Assembly: GCA_003344405.1 (NCBI GenBank)
Contig: NOWV01000014.1
Coordinates: forward strand, 62,001 to 126,000
Direction: 5' to 3'
DNA: 64,000 nt
From: Trichoplax sp. H2
Lineage: Eukaryota
The notes beneath the pieces are model-generated. The model had not been told where the DNA came from and made no database searches. It worked only from the letters and a program-made list of their open reading frames with translations. The translations under genes and the position numbers were made by a program. Positions 42,901 through 54,602 of this stretch are shown in pieces; position 1 is the first letter of the stretch, and each line of letters starts with the position of its first letter.

Positions 42901-45900
42901 GCAAAACGAAAACATGATACAGTTTATTGATCAAGCATGACAAATAATCCAGTTGAAAATCCCATCTTATTGACTGATAGAATATGGGGATTATTTTATG
43001 ATTCACAATAGAGCGATACGCTCTATCGAGTAGATAGAATAGAGTTCTAATTTATTAATGTACATTATTTGTTAGCCTAGTAAAGTCAGCACCTCTCTAA
43101 CAGAATGGTAAATATTGGAAATCTTCAGAGTTGTTAATCTTAGACACTATTATATTCTTCATTTTCTTTCCTTGAATAACGGATATGGAATTGAATACAA
43201 AACTCTTTACATCAATTTTGTTTCTATTACGTGCGGCATGTTACTGTATTTTGCTATTTATGTCAGTCGTAATAATCATCAGTATATTTATATGCATGAA
43301 TTAATCTTTACAGCCTGCGCAAAAGTAAACAATAATTAATAGAAAGGAATAAAATGTAATTCAGTTTTTGTTAATCTCCGGTAATGCTATTGAATTGAAT
43401 TTTGTTTCATTTCATGTCATCACCTAATATATGCATCGTATCCTACAAAACAACAGTGGATAATTTTAAAAAATTTCTATAGTTACCCTAGAACATAGAC
43501 ATCTTTGTTTTATAGTATTTCATTTATTAATATTCTTTGAAGCCTGAAGTTATGATATTAAATTTTTCTCTTAAAGATATCCACTAGCCGTTACCAACGC
43601 GGATACTCTTGTAGAATTATACATTACTAAATCAATGATTCAATATGGTGATCTATTATCCACATAAAATTGTAGTTGCATATTTTTGAAATTATTTTGA
43701 CGTAACAAAAGTAATTCAGCAACTGCTATACTGTTCGTTACTGGAGAGCAGATTCATATTTCAATCAATGTGAATCATAGTGTTGCAACTAGTAACTATG
43801 GTAGTGGTATTACAAGTTCTTTTACCAATTTGAATCTTTAATTTTAATTTTGGTCCTTTCAATGTCTTTGATAGCTTAAAAGAGTACTCATATTATGCTC
43901 ATTGATACCAGAGATTTAATCTTATGAAAACGTAATCAAATTAACTCAAAACTTTGAATATTATAACATTCAAAATAACTATTACTGGCTTTTGGTTTTA
44001 CATCCAACTTGTTTTAATATTTCTTAGCGCAAGGCATGCATTTAATTCAATTAAATATTAATTATTCGATAAAGGGTCTCTTACACTACCAGATGCATAA
44101 TATTTGATCCGTCTAATAAGAATAATTACTAGCGATAAGAATTTATTTTTTACTTTTTCATTAGCAAAGTATTATACCCTATAATTCTACAGAAGAAACT
44201 TGGGACAAAGCCTACATAGTTAATTAAATGTTATAGTTAAAAGTTTTAGAGTAAATCTCTCAAGATTGATGAATTACAGTATTTGAAAAGTCATACGAGG
44301 AGACGCTTTACAATCATCGCTTGACTACCGCACTCTTTAGTTTCTTTTGTTACGATTGATTACAACGAGCAGCAAACGTAACAGAAACATTACTAATTAT
44401 AAATAGATATGCTGATATGATTCATCCCACTATGACATGATTGTTTGCTAATAAAATAACTCGTTAATAACATGTCATATCGATCTATCTACTATATCGA
44501 ATTGTTCCGAAGACATTGAATTCAAGTTGTAAATTGCAGATATTAATTGATCATCAATCATTAACTTTGATGTGCTTGAGTGCAAGCAGACAATCGATGT
44601 AATGAGCAGAATTAACAATTTCCTAAATGCAAAATATTTAGTTAATTAAATAACCAAATCCAAACTATATATAATATAATTAGCCTTTAAAATAGAGATC
44701 AGACTTCGTATTTGAAATGTTACAATCAATTTCAAATATTTATAACCTCACAAAGTCTTTATGAAGCAGAATTTGATAATTCACTTCTTTTAAAATGGTG
44801 CATGCACGTAATATGCTAAATTAACTAGAAGATGATGTAGTATACCTAGATTTTTATAAATATACTGCTGATATTTTTCATATTCATATCAAAATTCGAG
44901 CTAAATGCAGTATACTAATTTTAAGCTATCATAACTTTGGTAAAATCCTAGCACATATAACTTGACGGGTTATTTCATCTACACGCTGCGACGCATTTAT
45001 TTGAAGTAAATTTGGCAATATCGTACTGGAAGATTTCATAAGTCAAAATCAATATGAATTGTACCACGCTGCACACATATGAATAAAAATGACCCATTCT
45101 GTAGCTTATCAATTATATAATTATACATAGCATGTAGCATCGTATAACTTCTGGGTGTTGAAAAAATTCATATAAACATTACTTATTTTAGCCTAGTTTT
45201 TCAATTCACTATAAGTCATGTAGAAAACGAATATTCATCATACGTATTCAAGATATAATAATGTAACACTAGCAAACATTTTTCTCTCAAATTTCAAACT
45301 ATAGCTTTGAAAGAATAAATTATTAATAGCTAGTTATTTAGTCATTAATAACATTTAATTCTTTTCATATGTATTGTTTTGAGTCACAGACAGAGTGTGA
45401 CCACAGATACTTACTTATTCCATCACTGTCGTCCTGTAATTCATGATAGAAGTTGATTCTCTTTCAAAATCTATCACATCGACGGCATTAAGCAGATATC
45501 CCGAGTATTGTATTACCAATTTTTTGTTTATTAGAGACAACATATCTCGAAAAAGTTGTTGCAATGAATTACATTGTAGTTTAGATCACGTCAGTTATTT
45601 CTTTTTCTACTTTTATTTGCTTAGAGCAAAGGATAGCAATTATACGATCTCTATTCCCTAGATCCATTTTAGTTCTCGGCAACTATACTATTATTACCTT
45701 TTCTTCATTATTTCTTAATTAGAAAGTCGAGGCTGTTTTTACTTCCTCTGGTTGAAATATTTCATTCTAAATCCGAATAATGATAATGCACCAATTGATG
45801 TGTTGATATGATGACGAATTTGATAGACTGCAAGAATCCAGGTGTTCATTATCTATTCAAGTCTAGATAATAATGTAGTTTTCAATCTTGCATATAATAA

Positions 45901-48900
45901 CTGGATAGAATTGGCATAATTGCGGCTACATTTTGTTTTATGAAATAAGCTTTTCATTAGACTAAAAATACCCTAGTCTTAATTATTTATGATGAGGTTA
46001 CAAGTCTCGAAAATTAAATTGAGAAAAAGCTTTATTTATTCAAACTACCATGCCGCTATGAAGACTGCAATAGAGAAGTAGTGACTCATTCGATTCAAAA
46101 TATTCTAATCTGTTAGATTAATAGCGGTTTAATTAACTAGGAAATTTTGATTTAAAATTTAAATTAGTAAACAATTAAAATTCTAACTGCAGATGCTCTG
46201 CATTAGTATGGTCACTCAAATTAGCTCTCTTAATTGATAATGATGATGCGATCTTTAGATTACCTGTAATTGTATTAACTTATAAAATTTGACCCGAAGG
46301 GTTTTGAATTGCCATATCAATTAACCTTCTAAGGTATAGAATCATTATAGAACCAAATACTCTTCATGAAAAGATTTAAGAGTTTGAAAGTTTAGATTAA
46401 AATTCTAATCGATTTACTCAGACTTTAATATCGTTAGTAACTATATAAGAGATGCAATTAATTTCGATAGAAATATTTCAATTTTAGATTACTAAAAGTT
46501 TCATCAACCTGAAAACTTGGATCTAGTATGGTTATGTTGATGGATTAACGAACTTCTACTGTATATAATATCAGGATAAGAACTACAACAGAAACTCCAT
46601 GAATAGATTAGTAAAGTTCCATTAGATCAAAAGAATTCCTATGAATTAAGAAATGCCTCATTGAAGCTTAGTTTCGATTCTAAGAACCGAATATTTGTCA
46701 TGAATGTAAAATTAATCCAAAATAAAAGTGAAATTCAATCGCAAGACAATAAATTGATTACCCAGCATAAAATTATTCTACAAATCAAATGAAATAATTT
46801 CATGCATCATTGCATTAATTGAATTTCATATTTATTTCACGGTTCAATAAGCTTTCTCTTAAAAATAATTCTCTTGCAAATACAATTACGAATCAATAAC
46901 GAAAGAAAATTGAAAATCTTTTTTTCTTATTTATATTCTTTAGTGAAGTAAGCCCAGCTAAGGATTCGATTTGTTTATTATTCTTTTTCATTCTCATAGA
47001 TTTGCTTAGTTTACGCAATACCGGTAGTAGACATGCTTAGCGTCAATAGAACGCACTGCAAAAACTCTTTGGGCAGCCATTTGTTAAATGGGAAAATATC
47101 TACTAGAAATCAAATTATTTCTTTCATGATTGATATTAATTAGTTGGTTAAGGGCCTAATAGCATTTTTCAAACATCCATTATTTCACCTATATAATTAA
47201 TTACGCAATTAAATAATTTAATCAGCTTTATTGTTATTCCCTGCTATTACAGGATGATGTATGATGTTGAAACTAGTATTTCTATGCTTTTGGTCGATTC
47301 TAAGGACTAGTTATAGCAATTTCTTATCCAAATGATTTGACTTGACAACTAATATTTTATATTTGCGTTACTCAATATTAATCATTTATTAATTATCGTT
47401 ATTTTTTCTCAGGGAATTTCGAGAATGCCACGTTACCTGCTAAACTTTATTTAATAATCAAGTCACTTTTAGTAGATCTATGTACTTATGAATTGTAACA
47501 ACTCCATTATTTCTTATTTCAGTTACAATTTGGTAGTATCATACACTTAATTATGAAAATATTACTTAAGTAAGTTATGGAGAGTTGATCTTATTATCGC
47601 CTATTTTACGAACAATTTTAATCCGCCATGCGTTCTAGTATCCGCGTAATTTTCAAACTATGCATACGTGTATGTGCTACCATATCGTACAATGGATGTT
47701 AAATATCTCTAGTTATCCTCTGAAGCTAAATGTTAGAAGTAATTGTATAATTTTATTATTGTTCCAACAACTCCAATTTTAGTTGTTCCCATTATTCTCT
47801 TTATTCCTTAATTTTATCCTATCAATCAGCTTAGGGACTACTAGTTAGATAGCCAAGCTCTACTTCATATCCCTTTTACCGTTTATCTAAAAATATTTCA
47901 GTGAGCTTAAAGTCAAATATCAAGTTGCGTATTTATTGTACAAGCAGTGATTGCGCGACGATAGAATTGGTGGAAAATTAAAATATCCTTTAATAATTAC
48001 AGTTTGTTAATTAATGCTATCACTCAGCACCTTAACATAGTTGATACATAAACTGTTTCAACCGAGCTGAGCATCCTATTTCTTGAATGTTATCTAAAAA
48101 TTTTCAAGCTACCGCTATTACCGATAATAGCTAAATTTTTCTCTATAGTTGCTGTTTTACCAATGAAATCAATACACATTATCGTGTAAGGGGGACAAAT
48201 TTTATATTACTTTTAAACAATGAACTAATTATGAAAGTGCATCCTCAAAAAGAACCTAAGCTTGATCAGGCACAATAAATCCTAGTTCTATTATTATAGT
48301 TGAATATTCCTGATTTAAAGTAAGCTGGGTTTAATTTCCGCAACAGTACAGGCCGTAACTGTTCTCAGAATTGCAATATCGTTAGATGGTACTTCTCTAG
48401 TTAATTAATCACTGATGAGAATAGAAGAAATATCTTTAGTATTTAATATAATATTATTTCATAATATACTTTGCCGTAACCATATAAGTGGCTTCTTTGA
48501 TCCAAATCACTAGAGCTACAGTTCTGTACTTATGAAGTAGTATGGCCGGAAAGGACTAAATGTAGTTTTTTTCTTTCTCTTTAACTAATAACCTTTCTTA
48601 TACTATGTGTACTCTTAATTTAGACTTTAGCGGCTATTATACATAATTATAATAGTCGAGATTCGGCTTTAGACTTAACATACGTATATAACGCTATAAT
48701 ATTCATTATCTGTACGTTTAACTATAGAAATCAGTAATTCTATGATCTTCTACGGAGCTTCTGAGGTAATATTGAAGCAAAATGGTATAAGGAGAAATAT
48801 TTTATACTCGTACACTCCTTTCTATATAAATTTATGATATTGATGTTGATGTATTTATTACTTCTGTATGTACGGAGACAGAACATACGGATTGCCGGAT

Positions 48901-48932
48901 ATCCAGACGATCGGTTACGTTGATCGCGTTTC

Positions 48933-48946
48933 GTTACTATGACAAC
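48933..48946. promoter_or_regulatory. RFX-binding X-box upstream of the C7orf31/SPMIP4-like gene
   Basis: GTTACT AT GACAAC fits the 14-bp X-box consensus RYYNYY WW RRNRAC. It lies ~250 bp before the ATG of a ciliary gene, in a locally CpG-rich patch. Confidence 0.7.
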
Positions 48947-49192
48947 CATCGAGCTCAAAGAGATGCTATCAGTCAAAATTGTATGAGAGTGCTGTATCAA
49001 ATTAAGCTTACTAAATATCAATTTAGAGGAATGTATCGATTTTAAAAAAATTTCTTCCTTATCATGTAATATAATAAGATTACAACTTCTTTTTTTCCTG
49101 ATATATGCCATTATTGATTAAAATCTATCTTAGATAGTTATTACATTTCATGAAGAATTTATCTATTAATTTGACGTCAACACAGTTTAATC

Positions 49193-52080
49193 ATGGATTA
49201 TACAGCAAATAGAATGCGAGAGCTGTACAAGGAAACAATTGCCGTGCCAGTTTTATCGCCAACTTATCAATCCAACCAGATATTCACACCGCTACAATCA
49301 CCGCAAAGAGAAACTGTATCTGAATCACAGTATGAGATTGCCCAATCACACTCTTTCTGCTATTGAAACACTACTTTATTGATATTTATCTTCATGTGAA
49401 ATTTTAACAAAATTGGCTATTAGCACTCATCAAGATATGCAAGTATTAAATTATAGAATATTCAAAAGTATTTATGTTTTTAATTAGATATCGAACTTAC
49501 TACGAGAAATGGGGACGAGCGACTAAAACCCCGTGGGGAAGACATCACAGCTACGCTGGAATTGGACCGTTATTTCTACCACCAGGACATAGACCAAAGG
49601 AAGAGCCACCAACTAGAGTAGAAAAGGGTCATAAGCATTATGGTAGCGGAATTATACCTTTCCCAACGTAAAATCAAACTTTCATAACAATTCTATTTAC
49701 CATAGCCTTTACTAGGATTCAGAAAAATTTATGTTGTTTCTAATGATTTACGATAGCACACCTGTTCAGCAGAATTACTGTCGCACAGGATCTCAACTAA
49801 GTCGCTTAAGGAAAACAGATGAACTGTAAGAAATGATTGCTGATTCGAAAACTTTACAAAATATTGTTGATAATTCTGTCCTAATTTTGCTATTTTCTTT
49901 CTTTTCATATTGGCTTTTGTAGAGTTCCTAAACCGCTGACAGCAGACTTAGTGTAAGCAATCGACTGCCATAATTTTCTTCTAACATATATCCTCATAAA
50001 TGTATCCTTTACTCATCAGTTTTACCGACATTACTGTAATTGATACTTCCGAAATTAAAAATTTTTTCCTAGTCTATAAATAATTAAACATTTTTATTAG
50101 TAATATTCAGGTTAAGCACCCCTTACCCCGAGAACATCCATATGCTTCGCATATTTCCAAACTATCAATATTTCCTTCTCCGGTTTCTCCTGATGAGGCC
50201 AATGGACGCTTAGCTGTAGCATCGACACCTTATGGTGGACCCCCTCCGGTACCCTCAACCATTGCTACCCAACCATCAGAGCAAATCATACGTGGTAAAA
50301 CTAAAGGATCACCTTGGCGACACGAAATAGTGCAAAATGGAGAGCATCCACTTCATAGAAAAGCATTAACTTGGCATGGAGAAAGTGTTTATCAAGTAAG
50401 ATTAGACTGCTTAGCAAAGCTAAATTGCTAATTATTTAATAATATCTTCAATATTTCATCATTTACTTTTGCACTTGGTAGATTTATAGTGGCCCAAATA
50501 CACCTGTCCGTCAGCAAATTTACCCTGCACCACCCAAGTCTATTGCACCTAATCCTCGACCTCGAGATGGTAATCTAGCAATCTCTCCTCGAACTGCTGA
50601 TACTCTTATTGATGTTCGCAAATCGCTTATGACTACGACGTATCAAAGCAAATATAGTAGTCACGTACCAAATGTTTTAAAAATTCATCGGAAGGGTGAT
50701 GTGACAACAGAGGTAATTAAAGAGTAGATGATCCATTTCTAAAGACTCTATTACAATCTTGTAATGTAACTAGTATTGTAGACTGTTAGCCATGTTTAAT
50801 ATAATGTACGGTAGATATTTATCCTAAGAGATATTTGGCAGCTACAACTATAGACTGTAGTGGTATAGACTATATGCTAGAGTACAGATGACTATATACA
50901 GTAAGCTGTTGAGTTACTAATAAGCTTATAGGTAAAAATAGAACTGTAAATCATATATTAGGATATGGTTAATTCATTGTACTTTGGCTGGTGTGAATAA
51001 TGTCTACGTAAGTACTACAGTCGTATCCATATTGGATTAATGGTGGTCCGCAGTAGAATAGTGTTACTAAGAATAATTTAACTATGTGTAAAATAAGGTA
51101 AAAGGTTGCCATGCGGATTGTAGTTGCGAACGCTACGGAAAGTATAAAAGTATGCAACTTTAGATTATTCTGTTAGTTCGTTCTAGAAGTCTTTCGTAGT
51201 AGTATTCGGCTAGAGTAGAGCTATGTGTAGTTAATCTTTGTATAAGATTCAATAAAGCCCTTATTTTTCTAAAGTTTTGGAATTTCGTGATCGGTATATA
51301 TCACTAACCTACCTGATATATTTATCGTAATATACTAGTAATATTAAAGGCTATCTCACTTATTAAGGCAAAATAGGAAATAAATCATACTTAAGAAAGT
51401 AATTTTATCATTTTAATACACTTATTATTGCGTATATGACTATATAGACTGCAAATCGAATGAAGAAGAACCGAGGCCAACTTTTCATAGGAAATTTCTA
51501 TTCTGAAGTTTACGTGTCAGATAATGAAGATGAGGATGCTAATAAGACTGGTAATCTAGAATAGCTTATTCATTGTTATATAAATAGACAGGAATTAAAT
51601 AAATTGAAGAAACCTTCTATACGATGTTTAATATTTTGTGGTATTGACAATAATGTTATAGATGATGATATGTCGCAAGCAGCGTCTCCAGTGTCGACCG
51701 GTAATAAGAACAGCTCCATTTGCAAAGATCAAGGTAATAGCAGAGAAGTCAAGTTCGAAAATGATGATGATAATAGTGATGAATATAAACGATCTCCAAG
51801 GGTAGTAAAAATCTCAGATAAGGTAACCATAGTCAATGAAGATAACTCCAGCAAAACAGCGATTATAAACAGTAGTAATACAGTACAAAAGTCCCCGGAT
51901 ATCTCATCTCATTTACGAGAAAGGCCAACCGCTGATGATTCAAGGCCTGGCTTCAGTAAGTCTGATATGCACAGAAGATTTAATCAGACTTATTCTGAAA
52001 TATCGCCTGATTTGCGTGAAAATTCAAGATCTGGTAAACGGCAAATTATACATGGCTGTCCAACATACTATTTTCATTGA
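49193..52080 (+). CDS. SPMIP4: C7orf31/SPMIP4-like (DUF4555) ciliary/sperm microtubule protein, 8 exons, ~487 aa
   Basis: Exons 49193-49329, 49488-49667, 49757-49825, 49923-49952, 50101-50395, 50482-50712, 51448-51550 and 51662-52080 join via GT-AG introns into one 1464-nt frame. Motifs PWG..Y.GIGP..LP..HRPK.EPP...KGHKHYG, EHPY.SHI, KALTW.G..VY, YP.PPK..APN and terminal DLREN..SG....HG...YYFH match recalled human C7orf31. Confidence 0.85.
50750..51345. mobile_element. Old dispersed repeat, copy 2, inside intron 6 of the SPMIP4-like gene
   Basis: Collinear with 23610-24600 in the same orientation; accounts for most of this unusually long (735 bp) intron. Confidence 0.75.
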
Positions 52081-52933
52081 TATTGACTAGTTTAAGTGAT
52101 ACAATAGTTGATCCTAATGCCTTCCAACAGTGTTGCTGTAAACATTATAATGGCACTGTTTACTGTTTCTTGACATGTATCAAATAATAGCAATATTACT
52201 AACTAATCTGAAAATAGTAATTCCTAGAACAATTTACTACAGCTAGATGCAGTTCTGATTATTTGTAGCACTTGGATTTGACGTAATATTTATGTTTCAA
52301 TATGGGTTTAAACGCATTTATCAGAACTACTTGTTGTTACTGATTACTCGTTCTATATAGCGTGATATCCGAAGTAATTGCATCTATTTTATTCATGTAG
52401 CAACAAAATTACAGTCAAGATAATTTTATCTAAATGATTTATCAACATGTACGTACATACAATTATTTATCATAGAAAATCTATATGCCCGATCAGTCAA
52501 ATAAATTTATAACTAGGCCATAGTAGCAAATTTCGATAAGATATTGAGGAGTTCAACGAAAAATGTTATCGGCGGTCTAGGACCGTAGTTTCATAGCATA
52601 ATAACTCATTTCTAACGGCTCAAAAATATTTTTATTACAGTCAATTTTATTACAAGATGGCTGATATCATTTTTATAATCGTGTCGATATCAATCATTGA
52701 CGAATTATCAGTAGTAAGTCGTATTTAATAAGGCTTCATTTTGAATGTATCAACGTATATCTTTTAAAGGTAAACTATTTTTGCTACACTTGCATTTTAT
52801 GATGTTTAAAATAAATATAATCATACTTATTCTTATGCTTTAATTTTGCTTCTACAAAATTTTTAAGAAATTCAATTTGTAAGTTACTAAATTGTTAACG
52901 AAAATAATTTGATACAGAGACTTAGCAGATTAT

Positions 52934-54459
52934 TAAAATTGTAAAGACATTAGATTCGGTGAAATGACCAAATTTGCCTTTAATTTTTACGAAAGAATTG
53001 CATTGAATAGCCATACTAGTTACAGTATCAGAGAGTGCAGAAAAAATATAGCCATTATCTCACAATATATTTCTGTGCGATGAAATTATAATAAACACGT
53101 CAAAGCATCTCCTATACATAACATGTAAAATATCTATTGAAAGCAATACTTGATTGCTTTATTAATACCAATTCCTACAACTTCAACCGCTAGAGATACT
53201 TTCAAGCAATCAACAGTTTCTTATTATTTTCTGAATTTTAGTATCAGATTTTATCCCTGAAAATGCGTAATATTCCCTAAATGTTAATCCGTGTGAACAC
53301 TAAATTTACTGAGAAAAAATTAATCACGCTTTATTTACAATTGATAAATAGTTGATAATGATTCAGGAAATACTTATCATGCAAATAGCCATTACAGCTC
53401 ATCAGCCTGGAAATGTATACTGTGAGAACCTACTCAACAAATTGCGTGAAAGCTTCAAATGTAATTATAATAGAACAAATGAAACAAAGTCCACTACATT
53501 GGACATAGATGTTAAAATTTTAGAATTAGTTATTTTTACATATCACAAATTCTTGCACACTTGATTCAAGGCTTCATGAAATCGCTATTTTCATACAATA
53601 CCTGCATTAAAGATTTGCGAAATAACATCTAAACTGCTAAATATATTTTAAATTCTTTGTACTCCATAGAACTGTTAGAATAAATTCAGTGTTCAAGCTA
53701 AAGCACGAATGGAATTTCAAACTATCAATCATCTCACAATAATGATACAACTGAAATTTGCAAAAAATATATAAGCACTATATTCTGGCTAACAGCGTCG
53801 ATACNNNNNNNNNNNNNNNNNNNNTAAAATTGTAAAGACATTAGATTCGGTGAAATGACCAAATTTGCCTTTAATTTTTACGAAAGAATTGCATTGAATA
53901 GCCATACTAGTTACAGTATCAGAGAGTGCAGAAAAAATATAGCCATTATCTCACAATATTTTTCTGTGCGATGAAATTATAATAAATACGTCAAAGCATC
54001 TCCTATACATAACATGTAAAATATCTATTGAAAGCAATACTTGATTGCTTTATTAATACCAATTCCTACAACTTCAACCGCTAGAGATACTTTCAAACAA
54101 TCAACAGTTTATAATAGAACAAAATGAAACAAAGTCCAATACATTGAACATAGATGTTAAAATTTTAGAATTAGTTATTTTTACATATCACAAATTCTTA
54201 CACACTTGATTCAAGGCGCTGATAATTTTCATGAAATCGCTATTTTCATACAATACCTGCATTAAAGATTTGCGAAATAACATCTAAACCGCTAAATATA
54301 TTTTAAATTCTTTGTACTCCATAGAACTGTTAGAATAAATTCAGTGTTCAAGCTAAAGCACGAATGGAATTTCAAACTATCAATCATCTCACAATAATGA
54401 TACAACTGAAATTTGCAAAAAATATATAAGCACTGTATTCTGACTAACAGCGTCGATAC
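52934..54459. repeat. Gap-flanking duplication (52934-53804 vs 53825-54459); probable unmerged alleles
   Basis: Near-identical sequence either side of the 20-N gap at 53805-53824. The left copy has ~247 extra bp (53220-53466) and the right copy ~10 extra bp near 54218. Confidence 0.9.
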
Positions 54460-54602
54460 CAGTTGTTATTTTTACAATACGCAAGTACGGAAAATCAAAG
54501 ACACACACGTATAAAAGTTAATTAATTACGTACATCTAAATCTATCTTCTTGATCGCCTTAATAAAATTCACAACGAATCACAAAATTTATTTCAGCTTA
54601 AT

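Noticed and set aside
47006-47080. Short minus ORF MAAQRVFAVRSIDAKHVYYR with faint chromodomain-start resemblance
   Set aside because: No continuation with the YLVKW core could be found; probably chance.
48740-49111. 123-aa minus-strand ORF divergent from SPMIP4
   Set aside because: No recognisable homology, AT-driven composition, and it overlaps the promoter/X-box of the real gene.
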